Shown here piece by piece: positions 1 to 10,201 of a stretch of 64,000 bases of DNA. Each line of letters starts with the position of its first letter. Position 1 is the stretch's first letter. Origin of the DNA: Massalongia carnosa (taxonomy: Eukaryota); NCBI GenBank assembly GCA_965645245.1, contig OZ287076.1, positions 2,170,001 to 2,234,000 on the forward strand, written 5' to 3'. The notes under the pieces were generated by a model. The model was not told where the DNA came from and ran no database searches. It worked only from the letters and a program-made list of their open reading frames with translations. Made by a program: the position numbers and the translations under genes.

Positions 1-660
1 TGTCTGATAATCGCCAGGTCTGACTCTTACAGATTCCCACAACTTTTTCATCAGCTTTTGATTCTTATTACTGCTTTGAATTATTAATGATCGGGTTTTT
101 ATTATGAGATCTTGAAACTTGGTGCGATTATTATATAAATTTTAACATGAAATTTTTATTGAAATTTTTATTAAAATCTCGTATATTACTCTTTCGATTG
201 AATGCAATTTTCAATTTTTTTTATGCTTTTTACTAAAATTTTTTCAACTCTTTCTTTTGTGTCAAGCTTTTGCTTTTTTTAAATGTTTATCAAAGTATTT
301 TTCGAGTTTTATCATCATATCGATTCATTTTTCGGATTAATCTGATAAATGAGTTCTTTATGCCAATCTCAAACGTGCTAGATGAGATTTTAATCAGAAG
401 AAAATCAATCGATAATGGTTCTATCGGTTTTATCGAATTATTTTTCAATTTTTTTAGTAAATTAAATCGATGCATTATTCTGCTTAAAAATAAGACTTGG
501 TTCTCAGAATTAAAGCAGATTATCGTTCAATAATTTCTAGTATGAATCCGAGAATAATTTTATATTTCTTGCTTCGAAATCGGAAATCAATTTTTAACGA
601 TTGTAGAATATTAAACTATTATTAATACAGTAAAAATAAATATATTCTACAAACATAACA
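1..660. other. AT-rich, heavily degenerate (RIP-like) repeat relic
   Basis: Very AT-rich, TpA-rich sequence with retained TCGA/CG words and only stop-riddled ORFs; family not recognisable. Confidence 0.35.
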
Positions 661-763
661 TCTGTCATAAAACGGCTTCGAACCAAAAGGATCTCGGCCT
701 TATCCGTAGTTGCCCCCTCTTTCCTCTCCCTACCTACCGTACCGCAGGTTTATTGGAGCTACA

Positions 764-996
764 TGTTACGGTCTACCTAGAGGCTAGTCATAGGGACGCC
801 ATGAACGAAAACAATAAAGCTGAAGAGAAAAGAAAGACTCGAAGGTCTGACCCGTCCCTATATACCAACGCGTTCCCTTGCCCTCATGCAGTACGGTCGC
901 GAAAGAGTTTTCCGCGCTATCTCGTGAATCTCGTTATCCGACCCGTAGGTGCTCGATTAGGTTTAGCTCCTAAAGGCGAAAGGTGGAATCGTGACA
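764..996. mobile_element. solo LTR
   Basis: TGTTACG...CGTGACA inverted termini; flanks CTACA / CTACC (4 of 5 TSD match). Confidence 0.55.
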
Positions 997-1093
997 CTAC
1001 CCTCCGCTTTAGATCGCGAGTCACCTGACCGCGATAAAGTCCGCTTTACCTCCGTTCGTTTCATCACGTGATAGATTGAGTTATAAATGCGGT

Positions 1094-1187
1094 TTAACGT
1101 TGTTTGTTAGGGTGTCGTCGATAAAAGTCCTTCACCAGTTCTTCTGCATTTTCGAAGCCGTCAGCATCATACCACGTCAGGTCTTCG
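1094..1187 (-). pseudogene. C-terminal chromodomain fragment of a minus-strand gypsy pol
   Basis: Minus strand reads EDLTWYDADGFENAEELVKDFYRRHPNKQR*, a typical chromovirus integrase chromodomain end; cut by the LTR at 1188. Confidence 0.7.
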
Positions 1188-1635
1188 TGTCATGAAATCG
1201 AACTAACCCGATCCAGAATCAATCCCGCAGATGAATCTGACTAAGCTCCCGTTCCTCTATTCAGCTTAGTCAGAATCTCATTAACTAAATCGAGTTTAGA
1301 CCCCTCTCAAGGGCTTCAGGTCAAAGCTGTACCATCACCATTAAAGCGTACCAACGACAGGAGAACCTCATCTCCACCTTTTATCGTCAAACACCTCGTC
1401 AAACCTTCGTGCCGTACGTCTCCTAATAGGGGGAGATGAATACTGATCCAATCTTCATGCAAAGGGGTTCGAGACAAATATAAAAGGAAGGACAAGTTAA
1501 TTAGATAGTTGACTCCTTGTCCGACGTCTTGTATAGCAATTCATCACCTAGCTATAGCCTTATTAATAAAGACATCTTGATCACCCAATCCAATTCCTAG
1601 GAACATTAGTTCAATCCCCTGCCCAATCCTTGACA
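1188..1635 (+). repeat. 5' LTR of gypsy A
   Basis: TGTCATG...TTGACA; direct repeat of 7690-8127; TATAAAAG near 1480. Confidence 0.93.
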
Positions 1636-1705
1636 TTACGTCGGACCTACATCGAAAGGTGTCTTTCATAGCACTAGCCCCTGTCCCCCCTCATATTCCA
1701 CAATC

Positions 1706-3271
1706 ATGTCTTCGTCTTCAGAAGAGATGACCGTCCCCCAAAATCCTCTCATCGACGAGAACGTGAAGTTGTTTCAAAACCAGTTCCAAACCAATCCTGA
1801 AGCATTCGTCGCGGAAATACGACGACTTCAAGACGAGGTGGCCCGGTTGCAGGCCGCCCCAGCTCCCGAACCCCCTATACCCACTCCAGCATCAACCTCG
1901 TCTCCCTCGTCCGTTCCGGCAATGGACCCTCAGATAGCTGCCCTCCTGCAGCTCCTTTTGACCCGGAATTCCGAGTCCAAAACCGATCTTCGTTCCGAAA
2001 AACTTCCCGACATCTCCGAGTACGATGGAGATGAAGCCAAGTTGGACTCCTGGGAACAGAGCCTGATTCAACGGATGCACGTTAATCATGATCGATACTC
2101 CACCGATGCCTCCAAGATTGCATACGCGGAGAATCGGCTCACCATCGGGAAACGAGCTCACAACCTTATGAATGCGTATCGAGTGGATGGCATTTGTAGA
2201 CTCACCACCTACTCCGAATGGCGTTCTGCTCTTCGCCTGGCCTGCGGCAACCCCTTCGAACAAGAGGATGCCCGTAAGTACCTTCGAGAAACCCTCAAGC
2301 AGGGCTCTCTGAGTTTCGAAGAGTACAACACTCTCTTCTCTCAGAAAAAAGACCGATCCAGAATGGAAGACGCTTCGTTGATTGATGCCATGAAGGCAAA
2401 CATCAACTACTCCGTTCAAACCGCGGCCGTCCACTACCGAGTCCCCGGCACCAATCTGGAGCCAATCACCTTCGACGAGCACGTCGCAATGTGGTTAAGC
2501 ACGGACCGGAAAATCCGTCAGATCCGTCATCTGGCACCCAAGGCCACGACTCCGGCCACATCAGCTCCCGCCAATCGAAGAAACGGCACCAACCTTCCTG
2601 CTGCCCCTTTCCCCCGCACTGTCGTCACGGGCACGGTCACCCCATTGATGCCAACCCCCGCCTTCCCCCCAGCTGGAAACCCCATGGACCTAAGTCAGGC
2701 CATGGCGGCTGTCAAAGGTCAGTCGTTGAAAACCGAGGGAGTAAGGAAGATCTGCGAGAATTGGAACCTGTGCTTCTATTGCAAATTGCAACACCTCGGG
2801 TCGGCCTCCGACTGTCCAAATAAGCCTACCAAACGCCTTCGCAACATGGAAGTCGTCTCGACCCTCACTCCCGAGACTGACGACTCGGGAAACGTGTCAA
2901 ACCTGAATGTGGTCGATTCTCATCGCCGATCCTCGACCCCCTGTCGCGGCAGATGCCGCTAAGCTACGCCATTTCTTCCACACCTTTACCCCTCAATTTG
3001 CCGGGGTTAATATCGTTGCTGCCATGACCCCTTTTCCCTTCTATATAGGTAGCTAGATGTGGGCATTTCCCACATACAGAATACAGCCTTTTTCATCCTT
3101 CCTGAATTCATGTGAAAGGTTGACAGTTATGAGCCCGGGTTAGCTGAATTTTTCGCTGCCTCCGTCTTAACTTTAGTTATTGGTAAGCTGATTTATCGCT
3201 GCCTTCATCGACCCCGATACAGCCTTTTTCATCCTTCCTGAATTCATGTGAAAGGTTGACAAAACGTCTAG
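1706..3271 (+). CDS. gag: gag of gypsy A (interrupted at its 3' end by insertion 2895-3261)
   Basis: Retrotransposon capsid-like ORF with PMDL motif and C-x2-C-x3-H-x5-C knuckle (CFYCKLQHLGSASDC); removing the insertion gives ...SGNV* with TAG at 3269-3271. Confidence 0.88.
2895..3261 (+). mobile_element. internally deleted copia remnant (full LTR + PBS + ~90 bp leader + LTR 3' tip)
   Basis: Perfect AAACG TSD; LTR 2895-3125 followed by GTTATGAGCCC PBS; last ~45 bp repeat the LTR end; same LTR at 20403 and 63957. Confidence 0.9.
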
Positions 3272-6200
3272 ACTCTGCGCATCGTCGCGCGCAGAGCCCT
3301 ATTTTAATTTCTTCTTGTCTGTTAGCCAACTCGTTTTCTCCCCCCCTTCAATCAAACACTCGTTTTTCCGCAGCCTCCGCTTTGGAGCTGTTTGAAACCG
3401 AAGAAGCGTTTCGAGATAGCCACCTAGTGGTATCATGTATCTTACGTTTAGGTAGATCTCGAATTCAAGCTCTCAATCTGATTGATTGTGGTGCATCTGG
3501 CTATGCATTCATTGACAAGAAGTTTGCGCAAACTCACCAAATCCCCCTTCATCCCCTCAAATACGCCCGACGCCTTGAAGGCTTCGACGGTCAGCCGGCT
3601 CTGACTGGAAATATCACTCATGTGGCCGAGGTAATCATGGACTTAAACGGACATGTAGAAAGATTATTCCTTTTCGTAACAGGACTGAAAACCTACCCCA
3701 TCGTCCTGGGACACCCGTGGTTGCGACGACATCAAGCTCTCGCTGATTTCGAGTCCAACTCTCTCTCCCTGTCTTCCTCTTTCTGCCTGGCTCATTGTAG
3801 CCCTCATCCAGTCAAGGTGAAGGCCTACACGGGCGAGAAATTCCTATCTCCTGCGGAAAGTCAGGAAGTATGGGAATCGGAAAACTACTCGTCCAATAGT
3901 CAAATCCTGTCCGAAAAACCTGTCCTGTCCGATAAAACCACGCCGCGCGATAGTAAGACAACTTCTCTCGAAAATCAGGACATCAGTCGTATCGAAAAAG
4001 CGATTGAACAGGGCGACTCACCGAAAATCCGATATCGAAGTCCCTCTTCGTATCGCACCTCCACTCAGCGACATGCTGCCCAGCAGAATCGCAATCCTCC
4101 TGTTTTGGACGTCTGTGAAATCGGCGCCCTCAACTTCAACTATCTCGGACGAAAAAAGAGTCACGAGATGTTTGCTCTCTCCTTGAAAGAAATCGATCAC
4201 TTTCTCGGCCTGACTCAACCTGAACCTAAGCCTGAACCCAAACCCGAATCTCGCCTTCGTCAAGAGACTGACTGGGCACACTCGAAACCAACCTACCAAC
4301 CCAACCCCCGGTCCAGCCCTAGTGAAAAGAAATATCACTTAGCCCTGTTCCGTATGAACCAGGCTCTGACACAGTTATGTTCAGTGACCGAACCCGAACC
4401 TCAACCCTTGACACTGCAATCAGCAGTGACCGCCGAAGAACTGAACGCTTATCGTGAGCGAAAGAACGTCGACCCAGCCCCCCTTCTACCCAAACAGTAT
4501 CACGACTTTCTGGATGTCTTCTCCAAAAAAGAATCGGACGTCCTGCCCGAACACCGACCCTACGACCATGCCATAAAGCTAAAAGAAGGCTCTCCAATCC
4601 CGAATCAAGCTCTTTATGGCATGAGTCGAACCGAAATCGAAGAACTCCGACGCTACCTTGATGAGAACCTGTCGAAAGGCTTCATCCGAGCTAGTAAATC
4701 CCCCGCTGCCTCCCCAGTCATGTTCGTAAAGAAGCCAGGAGGAGGACTTCGCTTCTGTGTCGACTATCGAGGCCTCAATGCCATCACGATTAAGAATCGG
4801 TATCCGCTTCCCCTGATCACCGAAACCCTGAATCGCCTGAGTCGGGCTAAGATATTCACCAAGCTGGACATTATTTCAGCGTTCAATCGGCTCCGCATCA
4901 AGGAAGGAGATGAAGAACTCACCGCATTCAGAACCCGTTTTGGCCTCTTCGAATCCCTGGTCCTACCATTCGGCCTCTGTAACGGCCCCGCCTCCTTTCA
5001 ACACTTCATCAATGATACTCTTCGAGAGTATCTCGACGACTTTTGCACGGCCTATCTAGATGACATTCTCATCTACAGCGAAATTGAAGGCGAGCATGAA
5101 ATCCACGTCAAACGTATCCTCATCAAGCTGAGAGAAGCCGGGCTGCAAGTAGACATCACCAAATGCAAATTTCATGTCACAGAAGTTGCCTATCTCGGAC
5201 TAATCGTAACCACCGAGGGAATCAAAATGGACCCCGCTAAAATCGAAACAGTAACTCATTGGCCAATACCGATCAATATGAAAGATGTACAAAGCTTTCT
5301 GGGATTTGCTAACTTCTATAGACGATTCGTATACGGCTTTAGTAAGATAGCCGGCCCACTGACGAATCTAACCAAAAAGGAGGTCAGCTTTCAATGGACT
5401 GACAAATGTCAACAGGCATTCGAAACTCTAACAAAAGCTTTCACCTCGGAACTAATACTGATGCATTTCGATCCCGATCGTCCTATCATCGTGGAAACCG
5501 ATGCTTCGGACTACGTCTCTAGTGGTATCCTTTCTCAGTATGACAACGAGAACGTGCTTCGCCCCATCGCATACTTCTCCAAGAAACACAACCCGGCCGA
5601 ATGCAATTATGAGATCTATGACAAGGAACTCATGGCCATCGTCCGATGCTTCGAAGAATGGAGACCGGAATTGGAAGGTTCTGCTCACCCCATCAGCGTT
5701 ATCTCAGATCATAAGAATTTGGAATACTTCGCTTCAACCAAACAACTCAGTCGTCGTCAAGCTCGCTGGTCCGAATTCTTATCCCGATTTGACTTTAAAA
5801 TAGTCTATCGACCCGGAAAAGCTGGTGGAAAACCAGATGCACTGACTCGTCGCTCAGGAGACCTCCCTAAAGAGGGGGATGAAACTGATGAAAGACATAA
5901 ACATCAGCATCAAACCATCCTGAAAACTCATAACCTGGACGACGAAGTGGCGAAAAGTTTCTTATCCACGATTATCCTAGCCCCCGCGTTCATCGAACAG
6001 GATCCCGAGTCCGTTGAACATGATCACGAGTTCATTGAACCTGAACCACAGCTGGATCAGCCTGCCGACCAAACCAATCCTGGCCAAGACCCGACCGACG
6101 TCCCAACTCAGCTGTTATGGGAACAAGCTCTGGAACAGGATCAATTCTCTCTGAAAGTTCTACACATGCTTCGCAATAATGTCAGATATCATAACGGCAT

Positions 6201-7677
6201 TCAGCTAGCCGAATGTGAAGATAAAGAAGGGATTCTTTATTTTCGAAACCGTCGATACGTACCCAATTCGGATCGGCTCCGTCTCCGTCTCATTCAACAG
6301 GCACACGACAGCGTAGCAGGTGGCCATCCCGGTCGTTCCAAATGCTACGAACTAATGAATCGATCATACTGGTGGCCCAGTATGCATCAAACCGTCAAAC
6401 GATTCATTCGTAACTGTCACACCTGTAGACGATCCAAACCATCCCGCCAACGATACCAAGGATGGCTACGCCCTCTGTCCCCACCCGAACGTCAATGGCG
6501 TGACGTTTCCATGGACTACGTAGGTCCGCTGCCTCCGAGCACCTTCATGGGTATAACCTATCGTTATATCCTCGTCTTCATCGATCGCCTTTCCAAGATG
6601 CGATATTTCGTCCCCACCACCTCCATGGAGGTAGAAGAGGCTGCTAACTCCTTCTACCAAAATGTATGGAAATTACACGGTCTCCCAGACGCCTTGATTT
6701 CGGATCGAGGCACCCAATTCACCTCCGATTTCTGGGACATCATGTGTAAACGGCTTAGAATTGATGCTAGGCTATCAACCAGTTTTCATCCCGAGACAGA
6801 TGGCCAAACCGAGAGGGCTAATGCAACCATGGAGCACTATCTTCGGGCATACGTCAATTACATGCAAGATGACTGGGCCCAGTACTTACCCGGTGCCGAA
6901 TTCTCCAGCAATAACACCGACTCCTCCAGCATTCTCGCCTCTCCCTTCCTGGCTAATTATGGACAACACCCCAGGGTAGGATTCGAACCCGAAGAGCCCC
7001 TTCCGCAAGACCTGACCGCCCAGGGAATCGCTAACCTGATCGCCGCCAATCGATTCGTAGACAAGATGCGAGACGTAGACACTCACCTACGAGAAGAGAT
7101 GTTGATCGCGCAGGCCTCATACGAATCTTCCGCCAATGAGAACCGCCGTCCCTGTCCTCGTTATCTTGTAGGAGACATGGTATGGCTGAACACCCGAAAT
7201 ATCCAGACAGCCCGTCCGGCAGCCAAACTGGACGATCGAAATGTCGGTCCTTACCGAGTCTGTAAGGTGTTCGCCAACCCTCTTGTTGTTCAACTGGAAC
7301 TCCCCGACACGGTTAAAATTCATCCGGTCTTTCATGTAAATCTGCTACAACAGGACGCAGACGACCCCCTCCCAGGACAAATTCTCGAGCTTCGCGACCC
7401 AATAATAGCCGAAGATGGACAGCGAGAATGGTATGTCAACAGCATTCTGAACTCGAAACTGGACAGACGTTATCAAGCTCCGCTTCTCAAGTATTTCGTC
7501 AACTGGGAAGGACATACCCCCACCTGGGAGCCATTTCACCTACTAACCAACTGTCAACAAGCTCTGGACGAATTCCACGAAGCCTATCCTGGTGCATCCG
7601 GCCCACATCTCACCCCCTGTTCCATTCCCGATGTCGCTGTCATGAATAAAACTGCTTCGCAGGAGCTCAGCTCTTGA
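3262..7677 (+). CDS. pol: pol polyprotein of gypsy A (protease, RT, RNase H, integrase, chromodomain)
   Basis: LIDCGASG protease, LPFGL/YLDD RT, TDAS RNase H, H-H-CC and DDE integrase, terminal chromodomain; open for ~1470 aa. Confidence 0.96.
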   Translation, partial: KRLDSAHRRAQSPILISSCLLANSFSPPLQSNTRFSAASALELFETEEAFRDSHLVVSCILRLGRSRIQALNLIDCGASGYAFIDKKFAQTHQIPLHPLKYARRLEGFDGQPALTGNITHVAEVIMDLNGHVERLFLFVTGLKTYPIVLGHPWLRRHQALADFESNSLSLSSSFCLAHCSPHPVKVKAYTGEKFLSPAESQEVWESENYSSNSQILSEKPVLSDKTTPRDSKTTSLENQDISRIEKAIEQGDSPKIRYRSPSSYRTSTQRHAAQQNRNPPVLDVCEIGALNFNYLGRKKSHEMFALSLKEIDHFLGLTQPEPKPEPKPESRLRQETDWAHSKPTYQPNPRSSPSEKKYHLALFRMNQALTQLCSVTEPEPQPLTLQSAVTAEELNAYRERKNVDPAPLLPKQYHDFLDVFSKKESDVLPEHRPYDHAIKLKEGSPIPNQALYGMSRTEIEELRRYLDENLSKGFIRASKSPAASPVMFVKKPGGGLRFCVDYRGLNAITIKNRYPLPLITETLNRLSRAKIFTKLDIISAFNRLRIKEGDEELTAFRTRFGLFESLVLPFGLCNGPASFQHFINDTLREYLDDFCTAYLDDILIYSEIEGEHEIHVKRILIKLREAGLQVDITKCKFHVTEVAYLGLIVTTEGIKMDPAKIETVTHWPIPINMKDVQSFLGFANFYRRFVYGFSKIAGPLTNLTKKEVSFQWTDKCQQAFETLTKAFTSELILMHFDPDRPIIVETDASDYVSSGILSQYDNENVLRPIAYFSKKHNPAECNYEIYDKELMAIVRCFEEWRPELEGSAHPISVISDHKNLEYFASTKQLSRRQARWSEFLSRFDFKIVYRPGKAGGKPDALTRRSGDLPKEGDETDERHKHQHQTILKTHNLDDEVAKSFLSTIILAPAFIEQDPESVEHDHEFIEPEPQLDQPADQTNPGQDPTDVPTQLLWEQALEQDQFSLKVLHMLRNNVRYHNGIQLAECEDKEGILYFRNRRYVPNSDRLRLRLIQQAHDSVAGGHPGRSKCYELMNRSYWWPSMHQTVKRFIRNCHTCRRSKPSRQRYQGWLRPLSPPERQWRDVSMDYVGPLPPSTFMGITYRYILVFIDRLSKMRYFVPTTSMEVEEAANSFYQNVWKLHGLPDALISDRGTQFTSDFWDIMCKRLRIDARLSTSFHPETDGQTERANATMEHYLRAYVNYMQDDWAQYLPGAEFSSNNTDSSSILASPFLANYGQHPRVGFEPEEPLPQDLTAQGIANLIAANRFVDKMRDVDTHLREEMLIAQASYESSANENRRPCPRYLVGDMVWLNTRNIQTARPAAKLDDRNVGPYRVCKVFANPLVVQLELPDTVKIHPVFHVNLLQQDADDPLPGQILELRDPIIAEDGQREWYVNSILNSKLDRRYQAPLLKYFVNWEGHTPTWEPFHLLTNCQQALDEFHEAYPGASGPHLTPCSIPDVAVMNKTASQELSS

Positions 7678-7689
7678 AAGGGGAGCTAC

Positions 7690-8127
7690 TGTTATGAAAT
7701 CGAACCAACCCGATCCAGAATCAATCCCGCAGATGAATCTGACTAAGCTCCCGTTCCTCTATTCAGCTTAGTCAGAATCTCATTAACTAAATCGAGTTTA
7801 GACCCCTCTCAACGGCTTCAGGTCAAAGCTGTATCAAAGCGTACCAACGACAGGAGAACCTCATCTCCACCTTTTATCGTCAAACACCTCGTCAAACCTT
7901 CGTGCCGTACGTCTCCTAATAGGGGGAGATGAACACTGATCGAATCTTCATGCAAAGGGGTTCAAGACAAATATAAAGGAAGGACAAGTTAATTAGATAG
8001 TTGACTCCTTGTCCGACGTCTTGTATAGCAATCCATCACCTAGCTATAGCCTTATTAATAAAGACATCTTGATCACCCAATCCAATTCCTAGGAACATTA
8101 GTTCAATCCCCTGCCCAGTCCTTGACA
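7690..8127 (+). repeat. 3' LTR of gypsy A
   Basis: Direct repeat of 1188-1635, preceded by a PPT. Confidence 0.93.
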
Positions 8128-9289
8128 TGACTCGTTTGCAGCCATGGAAGAACAATCGGATTCAAAATCTGCTCGATATAGGCCTTTTGACTCATCTTTC
8201 CGTTGGTGTTACTCTACCCGAAACATTATCAAAAAAGATATCTGATTTAAAACTATGTCCCATCGCAGCCCAGCAATTATGACGCTGTAGGGGGGTGGAG
8301 CGGTGATACTCTAAATTCAAATTGCTAGCGGTTCGGGAGTTGGTTCTTTCGGCTGATACTCGGTAAAGGTAGCGGGGAAGTCAGGTGACAGTCTTTCTTT
8401 TAGTTTAGTTATAGATAGTTCTTTTCCTTTTAGAGCAAGCATGCTCGTAACAATAACTACAACACATAGCATCAACACATACAGTTCACAGGCACGAGGC
8501 ATCAGGCACGAGGCGCGAGGCTTACAGTGATCAGTCTAGCTATTGTTCTTATTCTATTGTTCTGTTCTTCTCTTGTTTGTTTGTTCTCTTGCACTCCTAG
8601 CAGTAGTAGACCACGCACACCACCCAGTTCATCCTTCCACAACGCTTTTTATCTTTCTCGTCTAGTTCATTCTCTTCTTGAATACAATTCTGACAATATC
8701 TTTCTCCAGATTTTCGTATGATTCGTAGTTTTCCTTGAGGACCCCAGCCGAAATGAACCTCATCGCTGAATCGTACATGATGCCAATCCTCCGGCTCAGG
8801 ATATTTCTCAAGCATTACAGTTGCCCAACTGACTCGATGCGCTGCTGTTTTCTTATTGACCCAGCCCTTTCTACAAGAAACACACTTATGATAATCCATC
8901 GTACCCATCGCTCTTTGAACTGTGCGACCACTACAATCCAAGCCCACTTCGTAGCCCAATTGTTCCCAAGTTAAAGCTCGTGCTTCAATGCCTTCGGTCT
9001 CAAGAATATGCTCCATTTCTCGTATTTGTTGAGGTGTTATGATAGATTTTCGACCCCGCTGCTCTGATATATCAGGATTATTATGATGTCTTCGTGAAGA
9101 TTCGCTGCGTAGATATTTGTAGCCTTGTTGTCTTGAAACATTGAACACACGAAAAACGTCTTCCTTATAATAAGATATTCCCATTGCTTCGCAAAATTCT
9201 ACAGCTCCTTGAATTTTTGCCTTATTAGGTGTAGGAACTTCGACTCCAGGCCCTGTAATTTCAAGAAGTGGAGTGGTGGATCGATTCAT
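8128..9289 (-). pseudogene. Tc1/mariner-family transposase, interrupted and truncated
   Basis: HTH region, VRFSDEVHF first catalytic D; after removing 8286-8641 it continues KRHNCWAAMG... and (frameshifted) NTNGKMSQKAYIEQILNPIVLPW up to the gypsy LTR. Confidence 0.85.
8286..8641. mobile_element. solo LTR-like insertion in the Tc1 transposase
   Basis: TG...CA ends flanked by duplicated ACGC(T); removing it restores the transposase frame. Confidence 0.7.
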
Positions 9290-9827
9290 GATTATTTAAT
9301 ATGATGGTGGATGAAAAGTCTGGTGGGGTGAAAATTTTGGTGTAAATTTTATTTTGTCACCCGCGTGGGGGGATTGGTGTGGACGGAGCGGAGGGGAGGT
9401 TTTTCCGGGGCTGAGGCGCCCATTTTTCTATAGATAGGGGAAGTTTCACCCTCTAGACAGACAGGCAAGCAACATTTTTCTTTCCTTCAGAGTGGCCGAG
9501 TCGTCAATGCCAACGTTCTATTTGTTGTTTTCACGTGTGTTCCTTGTTTGCTTTCTGCCGGTCTTCTCTCCTTGAGGTCATCACGTATGCACCACCCACG
9601 ACTACCCCTCTTCACTATTATGAAACTAGTAGATCTCTTCAATATCGAGCGAATCTATTTAAGATAGATTCTTCGAAGATCAGAGACAAAACTACAACCA
9701 GAAAGCTCAAGGCAAGAAGAGATACATTCCTCAAAGACGAGAGCCTGTCAAAAAACATGATAAATTCATGTTATTCGAGTTCCGCTCTCTCTTTGAAGTC
9801 TTAATCACTTCTTTCAATAAATTTTCA

Positions 9828-10018
9828 AAGCCGCTTCTGGAATATGAGATTTTCTCTTCTGGCTGCGAAAGCTTTTTAAGCCGCTATCGGAATATGAGAC
9901 TTCTCTTCCGAATGCGAGAACCATTTAAGCCGCTTCCGGAATATGAGGTTTTCTCTTCTGGATGCGAAAGCCTTTTTAAGCCGCTTTTTACGGAATATGA
10001 GTTTTTCTTCCGAATGCA
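9828..10018. repeat. degenerate ~49 bp tandem repeat, about 4 copies
   Basis: AAGCCGCT..GGAATATGAG..TTCTCTTC..ATGCG unit repeated upstream of a copia gag. Confidence 0.7.
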
Positions 10019-10201
10019 GGCATAGAGACAGATAGACGGGAAATAAAGAAATGAAAAATGATTAAAGGAAGGGATCACTGTCTAGTTTTTTCTTAATAGG
10101 AATTTACTTGTCATATCCTACATCCATCATCTATATTTCTTGTGTTATAAGAACTCTTTAGATATCAATCTAATTTGTCTATTTTACACTTATCAACCCG
10201 C

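Larger units (their letters stand above)
1188..8127 (+). mobile_element. Ty3/gypsy chromovirus LTR retrotransposon (gypsy A)
   Basis: LTRs 1188-1635 and 7690-8127 (TG...CA, near-identical with several substitutions and a ~10 bp indel); gag, pol (PR-RT-RH-INT-chromo); PPT GAAAGGGGAG before 7690; no TSD. Confidence 0.95.
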
